Positions 27,309-37,077 of a stretch of DNA of 64,000 bases are shown one piece after another. Origin of the DNA: a bacterium (GTDB taxonomy: Bacteria > Actinomycetota > Acidimicrobiia > Spongiisociales > ZC4RG35). Every line of letters begins with the position of its first letter. The stretch's first letter is position 1. The DNA is taken from NCBI GenBank assembly GCA_024638655.1, contig JAHEJW010000008.1, positions 19,054 to 83,053 on the forward strand, in the 5' to 3' direction. Made by a program: the position numbers and the translations under genes. The notes beneath the pieces are model-generated. The model made no database searches. It was not told the DNA's origin and saw only the letters and a program-made list of their open reading frames with translations.

Positions 27309-27381
27309 CCCGGTGACGCTAGGAGCTGTGATCTTTCAACACGCAATTCCGACCGTGACGGCGACCTCTAGGCTCGGAGCG

Positions 27382-29895
27382 ATGCGCTGGGCGAAGAGGA
27401 TCGGGTTTGCGCTCCTGGTCTTCGTGGTGGGGCTGGCGACCTTCGCAGCATGGACGGTGAGACGGTCTTTTCCACAGACCGACGGCCGGGTCGAGGCTGA
27501 CGGCCTTTTCTCACCTGTTGAGGTGGTGAGAGACGCCTGGGGCGTCCCCCACATCTACGCCGAGAACCCACACGACCTGTTCTTCACGCAGGGATACACC
27601 CACGCCCAGGAGCGATTCTGGCAGATGGATTTCTGGCGGCATATCGGCTCCGCCAGGGTGTCGGAGCTCTTCGGAGAGAGTCAACTGGACGCGGACCGAT
27701 TCCTCCGTTCCCTCGGGTTCGCAGACCTGGCCCGACAAGAGCTGGAGACCATGGACCAGAGTTTGGCTGACATCCTCGAGTGGTACTCGCAAGGTGTCAA
27801 TGCGTACCTAGCCGAGAGGGACGGGGCATCCCTGAGCCTCGAGTACGCACTCCTGTCACTGCAGAACCCCGACTACGACGTGGAGCCATGGGAACCGGTC
27901 CACACGCTCACGTGGGCAAAGCTGATGTCGTGGGACCTGAGCGGGAATATGCGAGATGAGATCGAAAGGGCGGTTCTCAGCTCAGTTCTCCCGAGAGAGC
28001 GTGTAGAGCAGCTCTATCCGCCCTATCCCGACGAGCATCCGGTGATCGTCGAACCAGGCGAGTCGTCGGCTGACAACGGGTCCCAGTTCGTCGAGCTCCC
28101 GGCCGGATCGGTCCAGGCCCTAGCGGATGCCGGGTTCGTCGCACGGAGTGTCTGGAATCTGACCGGTGGGGGCTTCGAAGGCATCGGATCGAACAACTGG
28201 GTCGTCGCCGGATCCCGAACGGCTTCGGGGCTCCCCTTACTCGCCAACGACACCCATCTGGGGATCCAGATGCCTTCGATATGGTTTCAGAACGGGCTCC
28301 ACTGCGTCGGCGACGCCGCTGATTGCCCCTACCAGGTCGTGGGTTTCACATTTGCCGGCGTGCCGGGGGTGGTCATCGGGCACAACGAACGGATCGCGTG
28401 GGGCGTGACGACCGAGGCGGTCGACACCCAGGACCTCTATATCGAGAAGGTGAACCCGGCGAACCCCGGTCAATACGAAGCCGACGGCGATTGGGTGGAT
28501 TTCGAGGTCCGCAGCGAGACCCTCCAGGTGGCGGGTGGGGATCCAGTCCAATACGACGTTCGATCGACTCGACACGGCCCGGTGATTTCGGGGACTTTCC
28601 TCGACGAGAACGAGCTCGACGGCACATCGGTATTTGAAATGCCCCAGGACTACGTGGTGGCGCTCGCCTGGCAGACGCTGTCGCCCTCCACACTGGTCGA
28701 AGCGATCATCGGGCTGAACACCGCTCGGAATCACGAGGACTTCCGGGAGGCCATGAGTCATTGGGACATCGCAGCCCAGAACGTGATCTACGCAGACATC
28801 GAAGGCAACATTGCCTACCAGGCCACCGGGGAGGTCCCGACTCGGGCCGGGGGGGATGGCCGATACCCGGCGCCCGGCTGGACATCTGAGCACGAGTGGA
28901 CGGGGCTGGTGCCATTCGAGGAGATGCCGTGGCTCCTCAACCCATCTGACGGCTTCATAGAGACGGCGAATCAGCTGGTCAACAGGGAGGGGACATTGCC
29001 CTTCATCGGGGTGGATGGGGCTCGTGGATACCGAGCCGCCCGCATCGAAACCTTGATCGAAGAGTCATCGAGTCACACGGTCGAATCCATGCAAGACATC
29101 CAGTTCGACAATCGCGACGGTGGGGCCGTTTCGATCATCCCATATCTCATCGAGGTCGATTCTGCGGGCGACGAGACGATTCGCCCCGTCCAGGATCGGC
29201 TCGACGCCTGGGCTCGGATGGAGGATCTTCAGGTGACCGGCTCGTCTTCCGGCGCGATGCTCTACCAGGCGGTCTGGCGACATCTCCTGGCAAACACCTT
29301 CCACGATGAGATGCCCGAAGAACACTGGCCCGAGGGAGGAAGCCGATGGTTTCGTGTGATTCGGAACCTCCTCGAGATGCCGAACGACCCGTGGTGGGAT
29401 GATGTCTCAACGTCGCAGCTCGAGACCCGCGACGACATTCTCAGCGCTTCGATGCTCGACGCTCATGACGAGCTGGTGGAGCTGCTCGGGGACGAGCCCG
29501 ATGATTGGATGTGGGGAGACCTTCACGTTGCTCGTTTCGAGAACCAGACTTTCGGCCAGTCGGGAATCGGCCCTATCGAGTGGCTGTTCAACCGCACGGC
29601 ACCCACACGCGTGGCAGGTAGTGAGTCGATCGTCAACGCGGTGGGTTGGGACACCAACGAGTCCTATTCGGTGGATTGGCTGCCGGCACAACGGATGGTG
29701 GTCGACCTCTCCGACCTTGCCTCTTCGACCTTCATCCACACCACCGGCCAGTCCGGTCACGCTTTCCACCCCATGTACGACAACATGCTCGAAGCCTGGA
29801 CCAACGGTGAGCAGGCCCCGATGAACTGGACGCGCGACCAGGTCGACGCCGACGCGACCTCCACTTTGACGCTGGTCCCGGCGGTTCAGGACTGA
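27382..29895 (+). CDS. penicillin amidase / acyl-homoserine-lactone acylase family (Ntn hydrolase, S45)
   Basis: N-terminal TM/signal. The nucleophile motif GSNNWVVAG and the overall penicillin G acylase pattern are present (FTQGYTHAQERFWQMD). The six-frame ORF start at 27118 is an upstream extension. Confidence 0.8.
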   Translation: MRWAKRIGFALLVFVVGLATFAAWTVRRSFPQTDGRVEADGLFSPVEVVRDAWGVPHIYAENPHDLFFTQGYTHAQERFWQMDFWRHIGSARVSELFGESQLDADRFLRSLGFADLARQELETMDQSLADILEWYSQGVNAYLAERDGASLSLEYALLSLQNPDYDVEPWEPVHTLTWAKLMSWDLSGNMRDEIERAVLSSVLPRERVEQLYPPYPDEHPVIVEPGESSADNGSQFVELPAGSVQALADAGFVARSVWNLTGGGFEGIGSNNWVVAGSRTASGLPLLANDTHLGIQMPSIWFQNGLHCVGDAADCPYQVVGFTFAGVPGVVIGHNERIAWGVTTEAVDTQDLYIEKVNPANPGQYEADGDWVDFEVRSETLQVAGGDPVQYDVRSTRHGPVISGTFLDENELDGTSVFEMPQDYVVALAWQTLSPSTLVEAIIGLNTARNHEDFREAMSHWDIAAQNVIYADIEGNIAYQATGEVPTRAGGDGRYPAPGWTSEHEWTGLVPFEEMPWLLNPSDGFIETANQLVNREGTLPFIGVDGARGYRAARIETLIEESSSHTVESMQDIQFDNRDGGAVSIIPYLIEVDSAGDETIRPVQDRLDAWARMEDLQVTGSSSGAMLYQAVWRHLLANTFHDEMPEEHWPEGGSRWFRVIRNLLEMPNDPWWDDVSTSQLETRDDILSASMLDAHDELVELLGDEPDDWMWGDLHVARFENQTFGQSGIGPIEWLFNRTAPTRVAGSESIVNAVGWDTNESYSVDWLPAQRMVVDLSDLASSTFIHTTGQSGHAFHPMYDNMLEAWTNGEQAPMNWTRDQVDADATSTLTLVPAVQD

Positions 29896-29900
29896 ACTAC

Positions 29901-31265
29901 ATGCAAACGGGACGAATAGGCTCGCCCGGCATGACGGACTCCGCGACCAGATATGCCAGCAGCCGAGGGGTCCACATCGCCTACCAGACTCATGGGTCGG
30001 GCCCACCCGATCTCGTGATGATTCCGGGCATCTTCTCGCACATCGAACTCGGCTGGGAGGAACCCACCTATGCCCGATTCCTGAGACGGCTGGCGTCGTT
30101 CTCGCGATTGGTGCTCCTCGACCTGCGCGGCGTGGGCCTCTCGGATCGTGCAGCCGTGTTGCCGACCCTCGAAGAGCAGATGGACGACGTCACCACGGTG
30201 CTCGACGAAATCGGCTCCGAGGAGGCCATCGTCTTCGGCGTGTCTCAAGGGGGCCCCATGGCCATGCTGTTCACCGCCACACATCCAGCCAGGACGACTG
30301 GCCTGATCCTCTACGGGGCCTACGCGGCTGCGATCGGTGGAGCGCAGGGCGATGGGACTCGCTCGGAGGAATGGATCGATCAGTATCTGGATCAGATCGA
30401 GAAGGCATGGGGGACCGGGATGCATCTCCCTGATGTCGCGCCGTCGAAGGTCTCTGACCCGGGCTTCGCACGCTGGTGGTCGAAGTTCGAGAGGCACGTA
30501 TGCGCCCCCGGAAATGCCCTCGCCTTCGTCCGAACGCACTCGAAAGACGATGTCCGCGAGGTCCTCCCGGCGATCTCCGTCCCGACTCTCGTTATCCAAC
30601 GCGAACAGGACACATACCGGGATCCGAGGAATGCCGAGTATCTGGCAACGATGATTCCGGATGCTTCGCTGGTGGAGACACCTGGCGTCGACCACCTTCC
30701 CTACGTCGGAGACCAGGAGTCGATTCTCAGAGAAATCGAGTACTTCGTCACGGGGATGAGACGCGGGCCCGAGCCCGATCGGAGACTCGCCACGGTGATG
30801 TTCACCGACCTGGTCGAGTCAACGAAGCGAGCCGCCGAACTGGGCGATCAGCGGTGGCACGAGCTGCTCGACCTGCATCACGCATCGGTACGTCGAGAAC
30901 TGGACCGATTCAGGGGTACCGAGATCAAAACGGCAGGGGACGGGTTCCTGGCGACATTCGACGGCCCGGCCCGAGCTATCAGATGTGCTCTGTCGATAAG
31001 AGAGAGCCTGGGGAGCCTCGACCTGGACATGACAGCCGGGCTGCATACCGGTGAGATCGAGATCGCAGACGGTGACGTGGCCGGGATAGCCGTTCATATA
31101 GGAGCGCGAGTCGCCGCGATAGCCCGGCCCGGAGAGATATTGGTATCTCGCACAGTGAAGGACCTGGTGGCCGGTTCGGGTATTCAGTTCGCCGACCGGG
31201 GCACCCACATTCTGAAGGGTGCACCGGACGAGTGGCAGCTCTACGCCGTCGAGAGCGGCGGGTAA
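29901..31265 (+). CDS. alpha/beta-hydrolase fused to a class III adenylate/guanylate cyclase domain (LipJ-like)
   Basis: N-terminal hydrolase fold (GVSQGGPMA nucleophile elbow). The C-terminal cyclase domain has VMFTDLVESTK, GDGFLATF, and HTGEIE. Confidence 0.7.
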   Translation: MQTGRIGSPGMTDSATRYASSRGVHIAYQTHGSGPPDLVMIPGIFSHIELGWEEPTYARFLRRLASFSRLVLLDLRGVGLSDRAAVLPTLEEQMDDVTTVLDEIGSEEAIVFGVSQGGPMAMLFTATHPARTTGLILYGAYAAAIGGAQGDGTRSEEWIDQYLDQIEKAWGTGMHLPDVAPSKVSDPGFARWWSKFERHVCAPGNALAFVRTHSKDDVREVLPAISVPTLVIQREQDTYRDPRNAEYLATMIPDASLVETPGVDHLPYVGDQESILREIEYFVTGMRRGPEPDRRLATVMFTDLVESTKRAAELGDQRWHELLDLHHASVRRELDRFRGTEIKTAGDGFLATFDGPARAIRCALSIRESLGSLDLDMTAGLHTGEIEIADGDVAGIAVHIGARVAAIARPGEILVSRTVKDLVAGSGIQFADRGTHILKGAPDEWQLYAVESGG

Positions 31266-31272
31266 GGAACGA

Positions 31273-32172
31273 TCAGTCGAGGAATCCGCTGATCTCCTCG
31301 AGAACTCTCTCCGGATGGGTCCAAACGACCTCGTGACGAGCTCCAGGTATCTCCACCAACTCGACGTCGGGAATCAGGGACGCCAGCTCGTATTGCCATG
31401 CCGGCGGGACGAGAAGGTCGTCGATGGGGATCATCACCATCGTCGGAATCTCGAGTCTTCCCACCCACTTCCGGGAATCGAAGCGCAACAAGGCCAGAGT
31501 GGCCTCGGCGCCGGCGTCGGGATCCCGTCGGTGCGTCTCCTGCCACAGCCAGCGGGCGTGCTTTGGGTCGACTGCTCCGGTGGCCAGCAGGTATCCGGAT
31601 CGAACCTCGGGGGTCCCAATGCCCGTGAGCCTCTCCCATGCTCGAGCCACTACCGCACCGAACACCCGCAACCACTTCATCTGATCCGGGTGAGCGGCGA
31701 ATGTGGCAATGAGGACCAGTCGGCTGACCCGGCCGGGATGACGCTGCGCCAGCGCCTGGGCAATCGTCCCTCCCATCGAGTAGCCGACGGCATCAACCGC
31801 ACCCACACCTATCGCATCGAGAACGCCGATCATGTCGTCGGCCACATCCTCGACCTCATATCGCCCCGACGCCTGGGGAGCGAGACCATGATTGCGGTGA
31901 TCGATCATGATGACCCGACGCTCGGTGGCCAACTTCTGACCGATCTGATACCACTCACCCAGTGAGGAACCCGCCAGGCCGTGAAGGAGAAGGATCGGTC
32001 TTCTCCCCTCCGGGCCGGCTTCCCGCACCAGGAATTCCTCGTCTCCGACGTAGACCGTACGGCCCTGGAGGCGCCATGGATGCTCCTGAGATCCCTTGAA
32101 CTCAGGCACGACAACCGGGCCCAACAACCTCCACAAGACCCAAGCGCCGAGCAGCCGCTTCACCCACCTCAT
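31273..32172 (-). CDS. alpha/beta hydrolase
   Basis: HGLAGS oxyanion region and GYSMGG nucleophile elbow. Start set at the ATG 32172 (MRWVKRLL), which forms an ATGA overlap with the upstream gene. Confidence 0.65.
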   Translation of the reverse strand: MRWVKRLLGAWVLWRLLGPVVVPEFKGSQEHPWRLQGRTVYVGDEEFLVREAGPEGRRPILLLHGLAGSSLGEWYQIGQKLATERRVIMIDHRNHGLAPQASGRYEVEDVADDMIGVLDAIGVGAVDAVGYSMGGTIAQALAQRHPGRVSRLVLIATFAAHPDQMKWLRVFGAVVARAWERLTGIGTPEVRSGYLLATGAVDPKHARWLWQETHRRDPDAGAEATLALLRFDSRKWVGRLEIPTMVMIPIDDLLVPPAWQYELASLIPDVELVEIPGARHEVVWTHPERVLEEISGFLD

Positions 32173-32594
32173 GAGCCGAGATCCCCCACCGCAAAGACCA
32201 GGTCGTCGACCGGCCTGCCGCCGATGAGATGCTGGTCGATGACCCGATCGAGACGCTCCACATCGAGTCGGGCGTACCAAGTTCCCTCCGGGTAGACGAC
32301 CGCGATTGCACCCTGCTCGCATATGCGAAGACAGTCGGCCTTGGTCCGGAGCACACTCCCCGAGCCCGCGTCTATCGGGTCGGGGTCATGGGCCATATCA
32401 CCTTGCCACTTCGGTGGAGCGCTGGTGACGCCCAGATCCTTGAGCCGGTTCTTCAGGTGACGCCAGAGCTCGTTGGTGTACTCGACAGACGCACACCTCG
32501 GGTTGGATTGATCGGCGCAGAGGAAGATGTGTCGCTGCGCTCCTGGCACCGAAAGACTGTTTGATATCGACCGGAGCCGCTCGTCGGGATTCAC
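32169..32594 (-). CDS. thioredoxin-like [2Fe-2S] ferredoxin-domain protein
   Basis: Four-Cys pattern IFLCADQ...C ... C-x3-C-x5-AIAVVYPEGTWY, typical of the TRX-like ferredoxin family. Confidence 0.5.
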   Translation of the reverse strand: MNPDERLRSISNSLSVPGAQRHIFLCADQSNPRCASVEYTNELWRHLKNRLKDLGVTSAPPKWQGDMAHDPDPIDAGSGSVLRTKADCLRICEQGAIAVVYPEGTWYARLDVERLDRVIDQHLIGGRPVDDLVFAVGDLGS

Positions 32595-32604
32595 GTCGCC
32601 AACG

Positions 32605-33624
32605 TTAAGCCAACCGAAGTCCCTTTTCGGAAGTGAGACGACCGATCACGGTCCCACCAGCCACCTCCACGAAACCGGCGGCCCGGCCTTCCGGGATTGC
32701 GACGAGCAGCCCACCCGAGGTTTGTGCATCGACCGCGATCTTGAGATCGGCGTCGGCGCGTTCGGTCGCCACCTCGGGGCGTAGTGATTCGAGGTTACGC
32801 TGGGACCCTCCCGGCCAGATCCCTTGTGAAAGAAGCTCTTCGGCCCCCTCGAGCACGGGCACGCGGTCGAACTCGACCACCGCACCGACGCTGGAAGCGT
32901 CACACATCTCCCGCAGATGCCCGAGAAGCCCGAAGCCGGTCACGTCCGTAGCGGCCTGGGCCCCGTGTGGCTTGAGATTCTCACCGGCAGATCGGTTGAG
33001 CGTCGTCATCAACTCGATCGCTCTGCGCTCCAAGTCGGCGGGACAGCGCCCCCGCTTGATGGCTGTCGTGACCACACCTATCCCCAGCGGCTTGGTCAGG
33101 ACCAGGACGTCACCGGCACGGCCGCCTCCGTTGGTTACAAGCCGATCGAGGGCAACCAGACCGGTGACGGCGTAACCGAAAGTCGGTTCGGGGCTATCGA
33201 TGGAGTGCCCCCCAACCACGGTACAACCGGCCTCCGCCATCAGATCCATGCCACCGCGGATCACCTCGCCGGCCAAATCGAGAGGCAGCTCGTCTCTGGG
33301 CCAACCGATGTACTGCAGCGCGGTGAGCGGCTCGGCCCCCATCGCATAGACATCACTGAGTGCGTTGGCGGCAGCGATACGACCCCAATCAGATGGTGAG
33401 TCGACCACCGGAGTGAAGATGTCGACCGTCTGAACGAGGGCGCGTCCGTTTCCCAGCGCGTAAACGCCGGCGTCGTCCCCCGTGGCCATCCCGACTTTCA
33501 AGTCCGGATGACGGGACGCAACATGGCCTTGGACGGGACTCAGAACCTGAGCCAGCTCGGCCGGGCCGAGCTTGCAGGCTCAGCCCGACCCGTGGCTGTA
33601 ACTGGTGAGGCGAACTTCGGTCAC
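32605..33624 (-). CDS. selD: selenide, water dikinase (selenophosphate synthetase) with an in-frame UGA (selenocysteine) at 33580..33582
   Basis: Downstream of the TGA the sequence aligns with SelD (GRIAAANALSDVYAMG, GGHSID, VTDVTGFGLLGHL). Upstream of the TGA in the same frame is VRLTSYSHGSG-[TGA]-ACKLGP, which matches the SelD loop RLTxYSHGAG-(C/U)-GCK. A perfect hairpin begins 7 nt after the UGA. Start assigned to the GTG at 33624. Confidence 0.75.
33554..33572 (-). other. putative SECIS-like stem-loop (AGCUCGGCCCGGCCGAGCU) immediately 3' of the selD UGA
   Basis: A perfect 19-nt palindrome lies within the coding sequence. Its apex is about 17 nt downstream of the UGA, consistent with bacterial SECIS placement. 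Confidence 0.4.
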
Positions 33625-33708
33625 GGTCGTCGAGATTACGCCCCTGCCGGCGGGAGCCGACAAGATCGCCTGGAACAGCCCCAGGTCACCGTTAACCTCT
33701 CGCTCTCC

Positions 33709-34185
33709 ATGTCGGAGCAGACCACCTTCCTGACCCCTGCAGCGCTCGCAAAGCTCCGCAAGGAGCTCGATCAACTGACAACTGAGGGGCGCAGGGAGAT
33801 CGAGGAGCGCATCGCGGAGGCGCGTTCTCATGGCGACCTGCGGGAGAACGCCGACTACGACGCCGCCAAGAACGACCAAGGCATGATGGAGGCGAGGATC
33901 CGCAAGTTGAAGCACATCCTGGACACCGCCGAGGTCCGCGAAGTCGAAGACACGGGAAGGGTCGAGGTGGGAACGGTGGCGACCGTCATCGATGATGATG
34001 GCGACGAGTTGGAGTACTTCGTCGCACCTCAGGAGAACAAGGTCTCCGGCATGCTCCTCGCTTCACCAACCAGCCCGCTGGGCGCAGCCCTGCTGGGGGC
34101 TTCCGTCGGTCAGGAAGTCTCCTACGAGGCTCCGGCCGGCACCTTCACGGTCACGGTGAAGTCGGTCCGCCCGTACGACGGCTAG
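33709..34185 (+). CDS. greA: transcription elongation factor GreA
   Basis: 158 aa with a coiled-coil N-domain and GreA C-domain motifs (LRENADYDAAK, VATVIDDDGDELEYF). It is divergent from selD. Confidence 0.85.
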   Translation: MSEQTTFLTPAALAKLRKELDQLTTEGRREIEERIAEARSHGDLRENADYDAAKNDQGMMEARIRKLKHILDTAEVREVEDTGRVEVGTVATVIDDDGDELEYFVAPQENKVSGMLLASPTSPLGAALLGASVGQEVSYEAPAGTFTVTVKSVRPYDG

Positions 34186-34258
34186 ACCGGGCGTCACCGG
34201 CGTCCTGGCGCTCGCGCTGCTGTAGCCTGCGCTTTCTCCGACATCGGTAGGGCCCGAT

Positions 34259-35662
34259 ATGAGACTCCGGCTCAGAAGCCCGCGTCAACTTGCCAGGAGC
34301 CTGCTCACAGCAGCGCGTCGCGACCCAGACCAGGTCGCCGACTATCTCGAAGCCAACACCGAGGAGTGGGGTGCGCTCGCTGTAACCGCACCCGGGGACG
34401 CCGCCGACGTCCTCGAGCAGCTCGAGGAGGAAGACGCCGCCGGTCTCCTCGCCGACCTCGACCCGACCGAGGCAGCCGAAGTCCTCGAGGAGATCGCCCC
34501 GGAGCTCGCCGCCGAGCTGATCGAAGACCTCCCCATTGACAACCTGGCAGCGGCGCTCAGCGAAATGCCGGGTGAGGCTGCCGCCGACCTGATCGGTGAG
34601 CTCGACGAAGGGATCCAGGAGCACCTCTTTGCGGCCATGGACGACGAGTCGGAGGCCGAGGTAAGGGAACTCCTCGCCTACCCCACGGACAGCGCCGGTG
34701 GCCTGATGACCACCGAGATCGCATTCCTTCCCCTCGGTCTCACGACCGGCGAGGCGATCGAGCGAATCCGGCAGCTTCACGAGGAGTACGAAGATCTCTC
34801 CTACGTCTACATCGTCGACGACGACAACGTCCTCAAAGGTGTGCTGTCATTTCGCGATTTGGTGTTCGTTCGACCTGGCTCACCACTCGCCGACGTAATG
34901 GTGCCCGATCCGATATCAGTCAACGTCATGGCCGACCGTGAGTTGGTGGCCGAGTTGTGTCAGCGGTATCACTTGTTTGGCATCCCGGTCACCGACGATG
35001 TGGGAAGGCTGGTCGGCATGGTCGCGACCGACGCGGTGATCGAGGCCATTCAGGACGAGGCGACCGAAGACTTCGCCGCTGCGGTTGGGGCCGGAGTCGA
35101 GGAGACCGTCTACTCCAAGGTCGTCGAATCGTTCCGGATGAGGGCGCCCTGGCTGGTACTCAACCTCTTCCTCGCGCTGGTGGTCGCCTGGGTGATCGAG
35201 CGGCAGACGGGTGTGATCAGCCGCGAACCCGTGCTGGCGGCTCTGATGCCAGTGATAGCGCTCCTCGGCGGGAACGGAGGGAATCAAAGCCTCGCCGTGA
35301 TGATCCGGTCGCTGGCGTCCGATGACGTACCGGCCGCGCAGGTTCCCGCGATCTTGGGGCGCCAAGCCGGTGTCGGGCTCCTCAATGGACTCCTCCTCGC
35401 CGTCGTATCCGGGTTCGTCACGTACCTGCTCCTGGTCTCGGAGGTCTTCGTCTCCAACGCCCCCGAGTTCGACGTGGCCACCATCGTCGCTCTCGCCGCA
35501 CTGACCAACCTCATGATTGCCGCCGTGGCCGGAGCCGGCATCCCGCTGGTACTTCGGAAGCTCGGTCAAGACCCAGCCCTTGCCTCGTCGATATTTCTGA
35601 CCCTCATCACCGACGTGGTGGGCTTTGGAGGCTTTCTGGTCGTGGCCGCGATTCTCCTTTGA
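34259..35662 (+). CDS. mgtE: magnesium transporter MgtE
   Basis: N-domain, tandem CBS domains, and a C-terminal 5-TM MgtE domain (GGNGGNQS). Confidence 0.85.
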   Translation: MRLRLRSPRQLARSLLTAARRDPDQVADYLEANTEEWGALAVTAPGDAADVLEQLEEEDAAGLLADLDPTEAAEVLEEIAPELAAELIEDLPIDNLAAALSEMPGEAAADLIGELDEGIQEHLFAAMDDESEAEVRELLAYPTDSAGGLMTTEIAFLPLGLTTGEAIERIRQLHEEYEDLSYVYIVDDDNVLKGVLSFRDLVFVRPGSPLADVMVPDPISVNVMADRELVAELCQRYHLFGIPVTDDVGRLVGMVATDAVIEAIQDEATEDFAAAVGAGVEETVYSKVVESFRMRAPWLVLNLFLALVVAWVIERQTGVISREPVLAALMPVIALLGGNGGNQSLAVMIRSLASDDVPAAQVPAILGRQAGVGLLNGLLLAVVSGFVTYLLLVSEVFVSNAPEFDVATIVALAALTNLMIAAVAGAGIPLVLRKLGQDPALASSIFLTLITDVVGFGGFLVVAAILL

Positions 35663-35713
35663 CGGCCATCGTGACTCCTCGCGAAGCCGGGTATGCGACC
35701 GGGCGACGACGTG

Positions 35714-36226
35714 TCAGCTTGCGAGTACGAACTCGCCGAACTCGGAGAAGGGGCCCTGGAAGATGACGCGGTCGCCGTTGGTGAGCGTGAGGAAATGATG
35801 GTCGCTCAGGGCTTGGGTTTGGTCGTCGGTCCTGTCGTCCTCAGGCACAGCGAATGCCTCGGCTGCACCCGCATCGTCGAAGACCTCGGCCCCCCAGAGC
35901 TCGGGGTCGGCCTCTTTGAGATCTCCAATGAAATTGACCAGATCGACGTCGGTGTAAGCCCCTTCCGGGATCACGATGTGGAGGACGTCGCCGTTGTCGG
36001 TCGAGATCCGAGCAACAACCTCATGGCTCGTCACGGTCTCCCCAACCAGGGTCGTCGACGGCGCTGCGGCGGTGTCCTCAGTGGTCGTGGTCGAATCGCC
36101 CTCAGGCGCCTCGGTGGTCCCGGTGATGACAGATGTCGTCGTGCTCAGGGCGGCCTCGTCGCCGTCGCAGGCGACTGTGACGACAGCCATCGAGACGAGC
36201 AGGGCCAGCAGTGTGCGTGACTTCAT
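35714..36226 (-). CDS. hypothetical lipoprotein
   Basis: Lipobox VTVAC, Thr-rich linker, and an acidic domain. Confidence 0.45.
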   Translation of the reverse strand: MKSRTLLALLVSMAVVTVACDGDEAALSTTTSVITGTTEAPEGDSTTTTEDTAAAPSTTLVGETVTSHEVVARISTDNGDVLHIVIPEGAYTDVDLVNFIGDLKEADPELWGAEVFDDAGAAEAFAVPEDDRTDDQTQALSDHHFLTLTNGDRVIFQGPFSEFGEFVLAS

Positions 36227-36264
36227 GCCATGTCAACGTAACCGCACTTGCCTCGGGTTCCCGG

Positions 36265-37077
36265 TCAAAGCGCCTCGATCCGCTCAGCGAAGCGGGCAGC
36301 GAGTCTTCGAGTCATCGGGCCGGATGCGAAAGTCCGCTCCCCGACAGCCGTCACTCCCTGGACTTCTCGGATGGTGGACATCGCCATCACCTCGGTCGCC
36401 TGGCCGAGCCGATCGAGCTTCCACTCTCCCTCTACGATCTCGATGCCCGACTCTCGCGCCAAGTCGAGGGTGACTCCCCTGGTTATCGAGAACAGGATGC
36501 CCAGATCCAGTGAGGGAGTCTCCAGTCGACCGTCGACGACCCAGCCGACCGAGAAGGTCGGCCCTTCCAGAACCACTCCGTCGGTCGTGAGCAGCAGCGC
36601 ATCGTCGAAGCCATGGTTCTGGGCCTGGCGTCGGGCCGAGAGATTCGGGGCATAGGAAATCAGCTTTGCCCCGGCGAGAGCCCAATCGACGCCGGCGGAA
36701 TGCCATGGAGCCACCACCGGATAGAGCGTGGTGGTGTCATCGCCACGGGGCCAAGGATGGGAAAACACAATGACCCGGCTCGGACCTTCGATCCCAGGCA
36801 CACTGCCGCCACGCGTGACCACGACGCGTACCGCTCCGTCGTCGACCTCGGCCGCACTCTTCCTCACCCAATCCAAGAGATCGGCCCGGGATGGCAGGAC
36901 GATCTCGAGGGCACCCGCGCTTCGTTCAAGACGATCGAGATGACCGTCGAGCTCAAACGGCTTTCCCCGGTAAGCCCTGAGAACCTCGAAACACCCATCA
37001 CCGCGAAGCACCGATGAGTCGGTCACCGGGATGAGACCGTCGCTCGGCTCGCCATTGATGTAGATGGTGCCGATCAT
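36265..37077 (-). CDS. class IV PLP aminotransferase (branched-chain aminotransferase / aminodeoxychorismate lyase family)
   Basis: Fold-type IV pattern (RGDGCFEVLRAY, VVVTRGG, EGPTFSV). Start at the ATG 37077, which forms an ATGA overlap with the nadE stop. Confidence 0.65.
   Translation of the reverse strand: MIGTIYINGEPSDGLIPVTDSSVLRGDGCFEVLRAYRGKPFELDGHLDRLERSAGALEIVLPSRADLLDWVRKSAAEVDDGAVRVVVTRGGSVPGIEGPSRVIVFSHPWPRGDDTTTLYPVVAPWHSAGVDWALAGAKLISYAPNLSARRQAQNHGFDDALLLTTDGVVLEGPTFSVGWVVDGRLETPSLDLGILFSITRGVTLDLARESGIEIVEGEWKLDRLGQATEVMAMSTIREVQGVTAVGERTFASGPMTRRLAARFAERIEAL

Noticed and set aside
27309-27381. CRP/FNR-like site TGTGATCTTTCAACAC upstream of the acylase gene
   Set aside because: The second half-site deviates from TCACA at 2-3 positions depending on the spacer. 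Too weak to call.
34186-34258. Possible Mg2+ (M-box) riboswitch upstream of mgtE
   Set aside because: The intergenic region is only ~73 nt, too short for an M-box of about 160 nt. No conserved M-box helices were seen.
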